NCBI GenBank assembly: GCA_965203095.1 | Contig: OZ241877.1 | Coordinates: 608,001 to 672,000, forward strand | Reading direction: 5' to 3' | Length of the DNA: 64,000 nt | DNA from: Bdellovibrionales bacterium | Lineage (GTDB): Bacteria; Bdellovibrionota; Bdellovibrionia; Bdellovibrionales; UBA1609 | Part shown: positions 38,334 to 47,868 of the stretch, piece after piece | Position numbering within the stretch: the stretch's first letter is position 1 | How the letters are laid out: every line of letters begins with the position of its first letter | Position numbers and translations under genes: made by a program | The notes under the pieces: generated by a model | The model's database searches: none | The model's input: only the letters and a program-made list of their open reading frames with translations | Told to the model about the DNA's origin: nothing

Positions 38334-41183
38334 ATGGCAATCAACCAGAAAGAACATCAAGAGAAAATTAAAGCTTTTTTAGCTTGGTTCAAAAACTGTA
38401 AAGGTTCTGAAAAGGGAGAAGGTCAAATATTTTTTGACCGTCTTCTTAAAGCTTTTGGTAATACAGGCGTTATAGGAGCTGGAGCTGTTTGTGAACCACC
38501 AGTCAAAAAACAAAAAGGGAAAGGTGTTATTTTTCCCGATCTTGTTTGGAAGCCCAGAGTAATTATTGAATTAAAGAAGAGAGGCACCGCCCTTCAAAAG
38601 CACTATGATCAAGCTTTTGATTACTGGATTACTTTAGTCCCTAATCGTCCGAAATATATGATTTTATGTAATTTTGATGAATTTTGGATATATGATTTAA
38701 ACAGTCAATTACATGATCCTGTCCATAAACTAAATACAAAAGACCTCCAAACAAACTGGGGAGCTTTAAAGTTTCTTTTACCAATAGAAGAAGAACCTTT
38801 ATTTGACAATCATAATGTGGCTATCACAGAACAAGTTGCAAAGACTGTCGGTGCAATTTATCTATCTATGGTTAAAAGAGACATATCAAAGGATAAAGCT
38901 CAGAGATTCGTTTTGCAATTAGTTATAGCTTTGTTTTCAGAAGATGTTGGGTTAATGCCTCAATACACATTACATGAGATTTTAAAAAAATGTCTTACTG
39001 ATCTTCCAGCTCAAAAAGAACTATCTCTTTTATTTAAAGCTATGGCAAACAAAAATAAATTTGATAAACCTAAAAAATATAAACACATTGAATATTTTAA
39101 TGGAGGGATTTTTAAGAAAACTAACGCAGTGGAACTATCTTATAAAGAGGTAGAATTATTACATGATGCCTCAAAGCAAAATTGGGAAAAAGTTAGGCCC
39201 TCTATATTCGGTTCTCTTTTTGAGGGAAGTATGGATCCAAAAAGAAGGCACGGTCATGGTATTCACTATACTCATGAATTGGATATATATAAAATTGTTG
39301 GACCTTCTATTGTCAGGCCATTTCAAGAAAAAATAAACAAAGCAAAAACAAAAAGAGCAAAAAGAAAACTGTTGAAAGAAATACAGGAATTTAAAGTCTT
39401 AGATCCTGCTTGTGGTAGTGGGAACTTTCTTTATATTGCTTTCAGGGAGTTAAGAAAACTGGAAATGGAAATTTTAGAAGATTTAGGAGAGGGTAGACAA
39501 ATTCGTGCCTCAGAGCTGGGCTTGCTTGTTTCCCCAAGAAACTTTTATGGCATTGACACAAACAAATTTGGTTTAGAGTTAGCAAAAGTGGCTTTATCTA
39601 TTGGTCGAAAACTTTTGGCCGATGAGTTTAATATCCAAGATCCCTCTTTGCCTCTTGATGATTTAGACAATAATTTTTTATCTAAAGATGCTTTATTTAC
39701 TGAGTGGCCTAAAGTAGATGCAATTATTGGCAATCCTCCTTACCAATCCAAAAATAAAATCCAACAGGAAATGGGAGTAAGTTATATAAATAAATTGCGA
39801 AAAACGGAACCGCTTGTTCCGGGAAGAGCAGATTATTGTGTTTATTGGTTTAAAAAAGCTCATGATCATCTATCAAAAAAAGGTATGGCTGGATTGGTCG
39901 GAACAAACACAATAAGAGAAAACTATTCCAGAGAAGGAGGTTTGGATTATATCGTCCAAAATGGTGGCATCATTACAGAAGCTGTGTCCAGCCAAAAGTG
40001 GTCTGGTTCAGCGGCGGTTTATGTGTCCATAGTAAATTGGACAAAAGATGAATTTTATAGGCAAAAAATAAAAAAGCTTTTTATAAACCAGGGTAATGAA
40101 CCAAATTTTAAAGTCTATAAACGAAAAAAAATAAATTCTGCTTTATCTGTTGATATAGATGTCTCTCAGGCTAAAGTGTTAAATGTTAATAAAAAATCTA
40201 AAACGGCTTATCAAGGCCAAACCCATGGACATTCAGCTTTTTTAATACATAAAAAAGAGGCTGAAAAAATGATTTTCAAAAAACCAATTCTGAAGGATGT
40301 TTTAAAGCCTTTTTTAACAGCTCATAATTTTATAGCTGGAAAAACCTCTTTGCCTCAAAGATATGTCATAGATTTTTCAGATAAAACCCTAATACAGTCT
40401 CAAAAATATAAAGAATTATATAAAATTATAGAAAAAGCGGTTTTGCCAAAAAGAAGAGAAGAAGCAGAAAAGGAAAAGGCCAGAAACAAAACATTATTAA
40501 AAATAGATCCTAAAGCTAAAGTGAATAGACATCATAAAAATTTTTTAAAAACATGGTGGCGGTTATCTTATCCAAGAACAGACTTAATGAAGAAAATCAG
40601 AAAAATAAAAAGGTATTGTGTTTGTGGTCGTGTCACACAAAGAGGCATCTTTGATTTTGTCCATTCAGATATAAATCCAAATGATGCTTTGGTTGCTTTT
40701 GCTTTTGATGATGATTATTCTTTTGGCATTTTACAGTCCAGTATGCATTGGACTTGGTTTATTCATAGGTGCTCCACTTTGGGAACAGGTCCTCGTTACA
40801 CGATTAACACAGTATACGACACTTTTCCCTGGCCACAAAAACCTACTCTAACTCACATAAAGGCAGTGGCTAAAAAGGCTAAAGAATTAAGGAAAGCAAG
40901 AACAGAGATTTTAAAACAGGAAGAGGTAAGTTATCGCGACCTGTATCGCTCTATGGAATTGCCTGGAGATCACAAACTGCGAAAATATCATAAGGCTTTG
41001 GATAAAGCTGTTTATTCTGTTTACGGCTGTAAAAAAACTCAAGATGAGCTTGATTTTCTTTTGAAGTTGAATTTAGATTTATCTAAAAGAGAGGCCAGAG
41101 GAGAAAAGATCACAGGGCCAGGTTTGTCGCATATTGTCAAAAGCCCAACGGAGTTAATTACAAGGGATTGTATTTCTTTATAG
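38334..41183 (+). CDS. MmeI/YeeA-like fused restriction-modification enzyme (type IIL/IIG)
   Basis: N-terminal PD..IELK nuclease motif, plus IFGSLFE, G.HYT, DPACGSGNFL and GNPPY. The C-terminal FGILQSSMHW.W..RY.....TFPWP is typical of the MmeI family. Confidence 0.88.
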   Translation: MAINQKEHQEKIKAFLAWFKNCKGSEKGEGQIFFDRLLKAFGNTGVIGAGAVCEPPVKKQKGKGVIFPDLVWKPRVIIELKKRGTALQKHYDQAFDYWITLVPNRPKYMILCNFDEFWIYDLNSQLHDPVHKLNTKDLQTNWGALKFLLPIEEEPLFDNHNVAITEQVAKTVGAIYLSMVKRDISKDKAQRFVLQLVIALFSEDVGLMPQYTLHEILKKCLTDLPAQKELSLLFKAMANKNKFDKPKKYKHIEYFNGGIFKKTNAVELSYKEVELLHDASKQNWEKVRPSIFGSLFEGSMDPKRRHGHGIHYTHELDIYKIVGPSIVRPFQEKINKAKTKRAKRKLLKEIQEFKVLDPACGSGNFLYIAFRELRKLEMEILEDLGEGRQIRASELGLLVSPRNFYGIDTNKFGLELAKVALSIGRKLLADEFNIQDPSLPLDDLDNNFLSKDALFTEWPKVDAIIGNPPYQSKNKIQQEMGVSYINKLRKTEPLVPGRADYCVYWFKKAHDHLSKKGMAGLVGTNTIRENYSREGGLDYIVQNGGIITEAVSSQKWSGSAAVYVSIVNWTKDEFYRQKIKKLFINQGNEPNFKVYKRKKINSALSVDIDVSQAKVLNVNKKSKTAYQGQTHGHSAFLIHKKEAEKMIFKKPILKDVLKPFLTAHNFIAGKTSLPQRYVIDFSDKTLIQSQKYKELYKIIEKAVLPKRREEAEKEKARNKTLLKIDPKAKVNRHHKNFLKTWWRLSYPRTDLMKKIRKIKRYCVCGRVTQRGIFDFVHSDINPNDALVAFAFDDDYSFGILQSSMHWTWFIHRCSTLGTGPRYTINTVYDTFPWPQKPTLTHIKAVAKKAKELRKARTEILKQEEVSYRDLYRSMELPGDHKLRKYHKALDKAVYSVYGCKKTQDELDFLLKLNLDLSKREARGEKITGPGLSHIVKSPTELITRDCISL

Positions 41184-41260
41184 CCTGTATGGAACATTTT
41201 TTGCTTTATAATCGTATGGTTTTGTGATTAATAAAGAGTAAAGATATAGGAGCAAGTCAA

Positions 41261-41533
41261 ATGTATGAAAAGATATTAGAAGTCAAAGGGCCAGCAAAAG
41301 GGGCTATTCGGCGAGTAATGCCAGATATTGGCTTTGGTGCTATTTGGGATAAAAAGAATAAGCAGGATGTATATTTTTCGACTGTAACAAAATTCATCAA
41401 TACTTCTTATGAGGAGCTTAACGAAGGTGATATAGTAGAAGTCTTGGTTGTCAGAACAGCCAGGGGTCTATTTGCCAAAAATCTTTCTTTAAAAACAGCT
41501 CGCCCTCCTCAAGAAGTTAGTCCAAATCTATAA
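41261..41533 (+). CDS. Cold-shock-domain (OB-fold) protein
   Basis: GFGAI..(RNP1-like), DVYF (RNP2-like), L.EGD.VE...RGL.A.N; SD present. Confidence 0.7.
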   Translation: MYEKILEVKGPAKGAIRRVMPDIGFGAIWDKKNKQDVYFSTVTKFINTSYEELNEGDIVEVLVVRTARGLFAKNLSLKTARPPQEVSPNL

Positions 41534-41555
41534 AATGGTTTATCTTTTTTGTTGC

Positions 41556-41599
41556 TTAAAAATGTTGAGGAAAAGGTCCTTTAAATACCCATGAACCAA
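41556..41599 (+). repeat. Left inverted repeat flanking the four-gene cassette
   Basis: TTAAAAATGTTGAGGAAAA (41556-41574) plus ATGAACCAA (41591-41599); the inverse is at 46254-46286. Confidence 0.7.
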
Positions 41600-41639
41600 A
41601 AATAATGTTGAAACCCTAAATTATTAAGGAAAAAATACT

Positions 41640-42926
41640 GTGAAAATATCAAATTTAAAAATTAAAAACATTAAGTGCTTTAAAGAAATTGAAATTCCAT
41701 TTGAGGATAATGGAGAAATAAAAAAATGGTCTCTTGTTGTGGGAAACAACGGAGACGGCAAAACTACTATTCTAAGGTGTCTTGCACTTGGATTGTGTGA
41801 TGAATCTGGAGCCTCAGCCCTTTTAGCAGAATTATATGGCTTTTTACGAGAACATGAAGAAAAAGGCTCTATTGAAGTTATTTTAAAGGATGAAAATGAA
41901 AACAAAAAATACCAAATAAATACAGAGATAACTCTAAAAGGAAACAACGAATCTGTTTCTCAAAAGATATATCCCTTAAATTCTAAAAATGAACGAGATA
42001 AAGAAATAACTGCAACAGAATTAAATGATCTCAGGGATAAAATTTTTGCTATTGCTTACGGATCAGGTAGAAGCATCACCGGCACAGAATCGTATGAAGA
42101 ATATGCAGTTGTTGATTCTGTATATTACCTTTTTAATTATAAACATCCTTTACAAAATGCAGAACTTGGAGCACGGAGAATAGAATCTAAATCTAAAAAA
42201 CAACTCAATGAATTAACAAATTGTCTAAAAAAAATATTAATGTTAAAAGATAACGATGAGATTATACTGAACCCAAAAGGTTTGTTTATGAAAACGAACC
42301 AATGGGGGCTTAGGTCTTTTAATTCCTTAAGTGATGGTTATCAATCACTTACAACTGTGATCATAGATTTTTTAAGCTGGAGGCTTTTGTATGACAGCAA
42401 AAGTTTTGATTTAAGCAAAACTTCAGGCATTTTTATTATTGATGAAGTGGAGCAACACTTGCACCCTAAGTGGCAAAGAAACATTATAAACATTCTTGCC
42501 CAACAGTTTCGGAATATACAATTTATAGGTGGCACACATACTCCTATTTGTGCTTTAGGACTTAATGACTTAGAATGCAAATCACAACTTATTAAAACCT
42601 CTTATGTGAATAATCACAGTGAGGTGGAGAGTTTGGATATGAAGGAAACCTATAAAGGCTACAGAGTGGATCAAATATTGACCTCCGATATTTTTGAATT
42701 AACAAGTGCAAGAAGTAAAAAAATGCAAAAAACCCTTGAAGATTATCAGAATATTTATTTAAAAAGAGAGAATGAAAGAACCACACAAGAGATAGAAAGG
42801 ATGAAGCAAATAGAAAAAGAGCTTAAAGATCTTCCAATGTGGGATACCCTGCGGGATAAAAGGATAAGAGAGCAACTGTCTCACTTGCTTGAACAAAATC
42901 AAGGCACTAAACATGATAAAGATTGA
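41640..42926 (+). CDS. ABC/AAA_21-type ATPase, PtuA (Septu/retron I-A effector)-like
   Basis: Walker A GNNGDGKT, AYGSGR, signature LSDGY, Walker B IIDEVEQHLHPKWQ, and GTHTP. Confidence 0.85.
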   Translation: MKISNLKIKNIKCFKEIEIPFEDNGEIKKWSLVVGNNGDGKTTILRCLALGLCDESGASALLAELYGFLREHEEKGSIEVILKDENENKKYQINTEITLKGNNESVSQKIYPLNSKNERDKEITATELNDLRDKIFAIAYGSGRSITGTESYEEYAVVDSVYYLFNYKHPLQNAELGARRIESKSKKQLNELTNCLKKILMLKDNDEIILNPKGLFMKTNQWGLRSFNSLSDGYQSLTTVIIDFLSWRLLYDSKSFDLSKTSGIFIIDEVEQHLHPKWQRNIINILAQQFRNIQFIGGTHTPICALGLNDLECKSQLIKTSYVNNHSEVESLDMKETYKGYRVDQILTSDIFELTSARSKKMQKTLEDYQNIYLKRENERTTQEIERMKQIEKELKDLPMWDTLRDKRIREQLSHLLEQNQGTKHDKD

Positions 42927-43689
42927 ACGCAATAAAGTGCCTCAAAACACCAGCATGGATCAGAAGAAAGCTACAGAGCTTGAAAAGATCAAAAAAGCCA
43001 TTGATAAGAAAAGCAAACCACAATTTGTGCCTTTATGGACAAGAGACAGGAAAGTAAAAGAATATCTTGGTAAGTCTCAATATGGAAAATGTTGTTATTG
43101 TGAGCAAAAAAGGAATCTGGCGGAATCTGATGTGGAGCATTTCCGGCCTAAAGCTGAATTAAAGGAAAACAAGAAGCACCCGGGCTATTGGTGGCTGGCA
43201 TATAGTTGGGATAATTTACTTATATCATGTAAAAAATGCAATAATCGTAAAGGGACAAATTTCCCTCTCAAAGATGAAAGTAAAAGAGTTTTCTCTGAGA
43301 AAGATGACCTACAAAAAGAAGAACCCTTTTTAATTAACCCTTTAACTGAAAACCCGGAAAAATTTATAAAATATGATATTCCTGAGAATAACACAAAGCC
43401 ACCGATGATAAAAGCCATTGGAAAATGTGAAAGAGGGGATAAAACAGTAAATGAGCTGACAGGAATAAACTCTGAAAATGTTCCTTTAAGGAGGGCGGAA
43501 AAGTTTGAGCATTATTTATATTTATGCAAGTATCTTGCCTTACTTAAAAAAGATAATTCAAACAATTGTGCTGAAATAGAGCAAGTTAAAAAAGATATGA
43601 GAAAAATGCAAGATTCATCCAGTGAATTTGCAGGTCTGGCCAGAGATTATTTTATTCGAGTTCTAGGCTTAAGAGGCTTAAATGATTGA
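42913..43689 (+). CDS. HNH endonuclease, PtuB-like
   Basis: KCCYCE, VEHFRPK, WLAYSWDNL..SCKKCN.RKG..FP, LINP. ATG 42913 overlaps the ATPase 3' end. Confidence 0.88.
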   Translation: MIKIERNKVPQNTSMDQKKATELEKIKKAIDKKSKPQFVPLWTRDRKVKEYLGKSQYGKCCYCEQKRNLAESDVEHFRPKAELKENKKHPGYWWLAYSWDNLLISCKKCNNRKGTNFPLKDESKRVFSEKDDLQKEEPFLINPLTENPEKFIKYDIPENNTKPPMIKAIGKCERGDKTVNELTGINSENVPLRRAEKFEHYLYLCKYLALLKKDNSNNCAEIEQVKKDMRKMQDSSSEFAGLARDYFIRVLGLRGLND

Positions 43690-44845
43690 GAAACTTCCAT
43701 ATAAAAACAATTTGCCACCAAACACACCGTATTTTCTTTTTGATAAAGAGAATTTAAGAGAGAGATTATTCTTACATAAAACAATAGAGAGAAAATCAAA
43801 TATTAAATTAGTTTATTCTATTAAATCTCTCTCGCATATAGAAATTCTTAAAGAAATTGCAAAACATATTAAAGGTTTTTCTGTCAGTTCCCTTTTTGAA
43901 TCAAATTTAGTTAAATGTATAACTAATAAACAACATACAATTCATTTTATAAGTCCCGGGATTAAAGCTGGCCAATGGGATATGATCTCTAAAACAGCTC
44001 ATTTTGTGACATTCAATTCTGTAGAACAGTTTATGAGGTTTAAAAACAAGCTAAAATCTAAAACAAGTTATGGGATTCGTTTAAATCCTGAAATATCTTT
44101 CATTTCCGATTCTCGTTATAATCCTTGCAGAAAATCTTCTAAATTAGGAGTGCCTCTATCAGATATATTAAAATTTTTAGAAAAATCAAGATATGCCAAA
44201 CAATTAAAAGGGCTACATTTTCATAATAACTGCGATAGTCATAATTTATCTGAACTCACAAAAACTTTTAAACAAATTGAATTTTATTTAGGGAAATATC
44301 TAAATAAATTTGAATGGATTAACCTTGGAGGAGGATACTTATTCAATAACTCAAATGATATAAATACCTTCTATTATTTAATACAATATATTAAACAAAA
44401 ATATAAATTCAAGAATATCATTATAGAACCTGGAAGTTCTTTAGTGCGAGATACTGCTTATCTTGTTTCCTCAGTTATTGACATATTCAAAAGAGAGGGA
44501 AAAAACATAGCCATTTTAGATACAACAACTAATCATTTGCCAGAAGTTTTTGAGTATCAATATACCCCCAATATAGTAGAATCTAACACTTCAGGTCCTT
44601 ATGAGTATATGTTAGCAGGTTGCAGTTGCTTGGCAGGAGATATTTTTGGAACATATTTTTTTAAAAAAAAGCTTAAAATAGGTTCAAAGATAACATTTAA
44701 TAAAGTAGGAAGTTATTCTCTTGTAAAAGCTAATATGTTTAACGGAATTAATTTACCTGATATTTATTATTTAGAAAATAACATGCGGTTAAAAAATATA
44801 AAAAATTATACTTTTAATGATTATATGAACTATTGCGGAGGATAA
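43682..44845 (+). CDS. Carboxynorspermidine decarboxylase-like PLP enzyme (alanine-racemase fold, group IV)
   Basis: TPYF, PLP Lys in YSIKS, SSLFE, RLNPE..YNPC..SKLG, GLHFH..C, WINLGGG, EPG, GCSCLAGD and VK.NMFNGINLP: the NspC motif set. Confidence 0.8.
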   Translation: MIEKLPYKNNLPPNTPYFLFDKENLRERLFLHKTIERKSNIKLVYSIKSLSHIEILKEIAKHIKGFSVSSLFESNLVKCITNKQHTIHFISPGIKAGQWDMISKTAHFVTFNSVEQFMRFKNKLKSKTSYGIRLNPEISFISDSRYNPCRKSSKLGVPLSDILKFLEKSRYAKQLKGLHFHNNCDSHNLSELTKTFKQIEFYLGKYLNKFEWINLGGGYLFNNSNDINTFYYLIQYIKQKYKFKNIIIEPGSSLVRDTAYLVSSVIDIFKREGKNIAILDTTTNHLPEVFEYQYTPNIVESNTSGPYEYMLAGCSCLAGDIFGTYFFKKKLKIGSKITFNKVGSYSLVKANMFNGINLPDIYYLENNMRLKNIKNYTFNDYMNYCGG

Positions 44846-44848
44846 AGT

Positions 44849-46249
44849 TTGATGAATTTTTTTGAAAAAGAAATTTTAATATCAAAAGTTAAAAATAATA
44901 AAAAATTGCTTTTTTATCTTAAAGAAAAAATTTCCTCCATATTAGGTAAAGAAGGGCTATTTCCTATTAGATTCATTATTACAAATAGTTCCAATCAAGA
45001 ATATAAATGTGAAGTTAGTGTTTTAGATACAAAAAATATGAGTGGGTTTAAAGAAGCAGAATATTTATTTGAATTTCAAAAACGCCAGTTTGAAAACACA
45101 AAAACTTTTAATGTCGTTTTTATAGTTCCTACAGGAATAGGAGCTGAAATAGGAGGCCATGCAGGGGATGCTACTCCAATCGCAAGGCTAATAGCCTCTG
45201 CTTGTGACACTTTAATTACTCATCCCAATGTTTGTAATGCATCAGATATCAACGAAATGCCAGAGAACAGTATGTATGTTGAAGGGAGCACTATCTGTCG
45301 TGTGATGATGGGCACAATTGGCTTACAACCAGTAAGATCAAATAGAATTTTAGCTGTTATAGATAATAATGAACATAAAATTTTTGAGAATACTGCCATA
45401 AACTCTATAAATGCGGCAAGAGCTACTTTAGGTATTAACTGCTCAAAAATTATAAAATTATTACCGCCTATTTCAATGACATCAAAATATTCATCTTCTA
45501 AAAGAGCTGTTGGAAATATCAAAGATATAAATAATCTATTTTCTATTATAAAACAACATCAAGGAGATCATGACGCTGTTGCTATTTCATCTATAATTAA
45601 AGTTCCTAAAAATTATCATAAGGATTATTTTCTTAGTAAAGGAGACATGATTAATCCTTGGGGAGGAGTAGAGGCTATGCTAACTCATGCTCTTTCATAT
45701 AAATTTAATATACCTTCCGCACACTCTCCAATGTTTGAAACTCCTGAAATTGCTAATATGGATCCTGGAATCGTAGATGTTAGAATGTCTGCCGAAGCTG
45801 TTTCTGCCTCTTTTTTCCATTGTGTTCTTAAAGGCTTGCACAAGAGTCCAAAAATTATAACTGAGAAAGATGCATTCTACTCCGACGGTATTATATCAGC
45901 AAAAGATATTTCTTGTTTAGTAATACCCGATGGTTGTTTAGGACTTCCAACTCTTTCAGCTTTAGAGCAAGGAATTAAAGTTATTGCTGTAAAAGAAAAC
46001 AAGAATTTAATGTGTAATGACTTATCTACTTTACCATGGAGTAAAGGGCAGTTTTTCCAAGTTGAAAATTATTTAGAGGCTGTTGGTATATTAAATGCAA
46101 TAAAAAATGGCATCAATCCAAAATCTGTAAGGCGTCCATTTCAAACATTATCAAGTGAATGTGAAATAAACCAAGCATTGACAAAACAAAATAAACAAAA
46201 CAAGCATACAATATTATCTGTATTTCCTAAACTATGGCAAAAGCATTAA
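44849..46249 (+). CDS. DUF3326 family protein with N-terminal extension
   Basis: Motifs VPTGIGAEIGGHAGDA, LITHPNV.NASD, YVEG, NPWGGVEA, AHSP, R.SAE and V.NYLEA.G. Confidence 0.8.
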   Translation: MMNFFEKEILISKVKNNKKLLFYLKEKISSILGKEGLFPIRFIITNSSNQEYKCEVSVLDTKNMSGFKEAEYLFEFQKRQFENTKTFNVVFIVPTGIGAEIGGHAGDATPIARLIASACDTLITHPNVCNASDINEMPENSMYVEGSTICRVMMGTIGLQPVRSNRILAVIDNNEHKIFENTAINSINAARATLGINCSKIIKLLPPISMTSKYSSSKRAVGNIKDINNLFSIIKQHQGDHDAVAISSIIKVPKNYHKDYFLSKGDMINPWGGVEAMLTHALSYKFNIPSAHSPMFETPEIANMDPGIVDVRMSAEAVSASFFHCVLKGLHKSPKIITEKDAFYSDGIISAKDISCLVIPDGCLGLPTLSALEQGIKVIAVKENKNLMCNDLSTLPWSKGQFFQVENYLEAVGILNAIKNGINPKSVRRPFQTLSSECEINQALTKQNKQNKHTILSVFPKLWQKH

Positions 46250-46253
46250 ATTA

Positions 46254-46286
46254 TTGGTTCATAAATATTTTTCTCAACATTTTTAA
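46254..46286 (-). repeat. Right inverted repeat flanking the four-gene cassette
   Basis: Reverse complement TTAAAAATGTTGAGAAAAA-tattt-ATGAACCAA; matches the left copy at 18/19 and 9/9. Confidence 0.7.
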
Positions 46287-46533
46287 TATAAAAAATCTAC
46301 TACATCTTCCTGAAAGGATTGGGCTTGTTTTCTCAAACATATTTCCAAAAAAGAACCTCGCACTAAATCAACTTGATCTCTTAGAGAGTCTGAAAATTCT
46401 TTAGCTCCTTTTGCCTTAAAAAACTTTATAAGTTTTTTGTAGTATTCCTAAAACTTGCAAGATAAAATGAACTATTATATTTTTTTTCACTCTGCCATTT
46501 TTCTCTTGCAAGTATAAGCCAATATCAACCTGC

Positions 46534-47868
46534 TCAGTAACGGTAGTTTTGTGATTTGAATGGCCCTTCCTGAGGCACATTCAAGTATTCTGCCTGTGAC
46601 TTACTCAGTTTTGTAAGTTGAGCCGATAGTTTCCCTAAGTGCAAACGAGCCACCTTTTCATCTAAAATTTTAGGCAGAACATGAACACCAACAGGATAGT
46701 CTCTATGGTTTTGCCAAAGCTCTATTTGAGCCAAAACCTGATTGGTAAAAGAAGTGCTCATTACAAAAGAAGAATGCCCTGTCCCGCAAGCCAAATTAAC
46801 TAAACGGCCCTCTGCCAAAACAATAATTTCCCTCCCATTAGAGAGGCGATGGATTTGGACCTGATCTTTAACCCGCCGGGACTGGCTGTTTGCCTTAAGC
46901 CACTTCATATCCACTTCCACATCAAAATGGCCAATGTTGCAAACAATAGCTCCTGATTTCATTTTTTCAAAATGCTCTTTTTGAATGACCCCCTTGCAAC
47001 CAGTAGCTGTGACGAAAATATCCATCTCATCAGCCACATCCTGTAGCCGAACCACCTCATACCCCTCCATACGAGCCTGAAGGGCACATATCGGATCAAT
47101 TTCTGAAACAAAAACCCTGGCACCAAAAGAACGCAAACTTTGGGCAGAACCTTTGCCCACATCTCCATAACCAGCCACCAAAGCCTTTTTTCCGGCTATC
47201 ATAATATCTGTTGCTCTTTTTAAACCATCAGCTAAAGACTCCCGGCAACCATAAAGATTATCAAATTTAGATTTTGTCACAGAGTCATTCACATTGATAG
47301 CTGGAACTTTTAAACGGCCTTTTTGGTTCAATTTTTTTAAGTATTGAACTCCTGTAGTGGTTTCTTCTGAAAGCCCCCGGACATTTTTCATCAAACTCGC
47401 CTGCCCGTCTTCATGCATAAATTTTGTAAGGTCCCCTCCGTCATCAATGATCAAATCAAAACCCTTCCCGCCCCAACCATAAACAGACTGCTCGATACAC
47501 CAATGATACTCTTCTTCTGTCTCCCCCTTCCAAGAAAAAACGGGAACTCCGGCCTGAGCTAAAGCCACCGCGGAATGATCTTGTGTGGAGTAAATGTTAC
47601 AGGAAGACCACCTCAGCTCAGCTCCTAATTTGAGCAAAGTCTCTATCAAAACGGCGGTCTGAATAGTGACATGAAGGCAACCTGTGATTTTAGCCCCTTT
47701 TAGAGGGGCGAGAGGCCCATACTCCTCTCTTAAAGCCATAAGCCCAGGCATTTCCACTTCAGCTAAGCGAATCTCCTCCCGCCCCCATCGAGCCAGCTCT
47801 TCAAACTGCTTTTTGTTCCCCATAGAGGCGACCTTATAATCAGAAAAAATATTTTTAGCAGGGATCAT
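46534..47868 (-). CDS. ahcY: S-adenosylhomocysteine hydrolase
   Basis: Motifs [44 protein letters not shown] and GRLVNL.C.TGH. Confidence 0.97.
   Translation of the reverse strand: MIPAKNIFSDYKVASMGNKKQFEELARWGREEIRLAEVEMPGLMALREEYGPLAPLKGAKITGCLHVTIQTAVLIETLLKLGAELRWSSCNIYSTQDHSAVALAQAGVPVFSWKGETEEEYHWCIEQSVYGWGGKGFDLIIDDGGDLTKFMHEDGQASLMKNVRGLSEETTTGVQYLKKLNQKGRLKVPAINVNDSVTKSKFDNLYGCRESLADGLKRATDIMIAGKKALVAGYGDVGKGSAQSLRSFGARVFVSEIDPICALQARMEGYEVVRLQDVADEMDIFVTATGCKGVIQKEHFEKMKSGAIVCNIGHFDVEVDMKWLKANSQSRRVKDQVQIHRLSNGREIIVLAEGRLVNLACGTGHSSFVMSTSFTNQVLAQIELWQNHRDYPVGVHVLPKILDEKVARLHLGKLSAQLTKLSKSQAEYLNVPQEGPFKSQNYRY

Noticed and set aside
41585..41615. dif/pdif-like site (AATAATGTTGAA resembles an XerD arm)
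   Set aside because: No credible XerC arm at the correct 6-bp spacing.
41534..43689. Retron type I-A (PtuAB + RT + msr/msd)
   Set aside because: No reverse transcriptase ORF in the window, and the ~105-bp gap before the ATPase shows no convincing msr-msd structure.
46250..46533. attR copy of the tRNA-Asp 3' end (likewise for tRNA-Pro in 1-7260)
   Set aside because: No duplicated tRNA 3' sequence found by eye; the other end of the tRNA-Pro island may lie outside the window.
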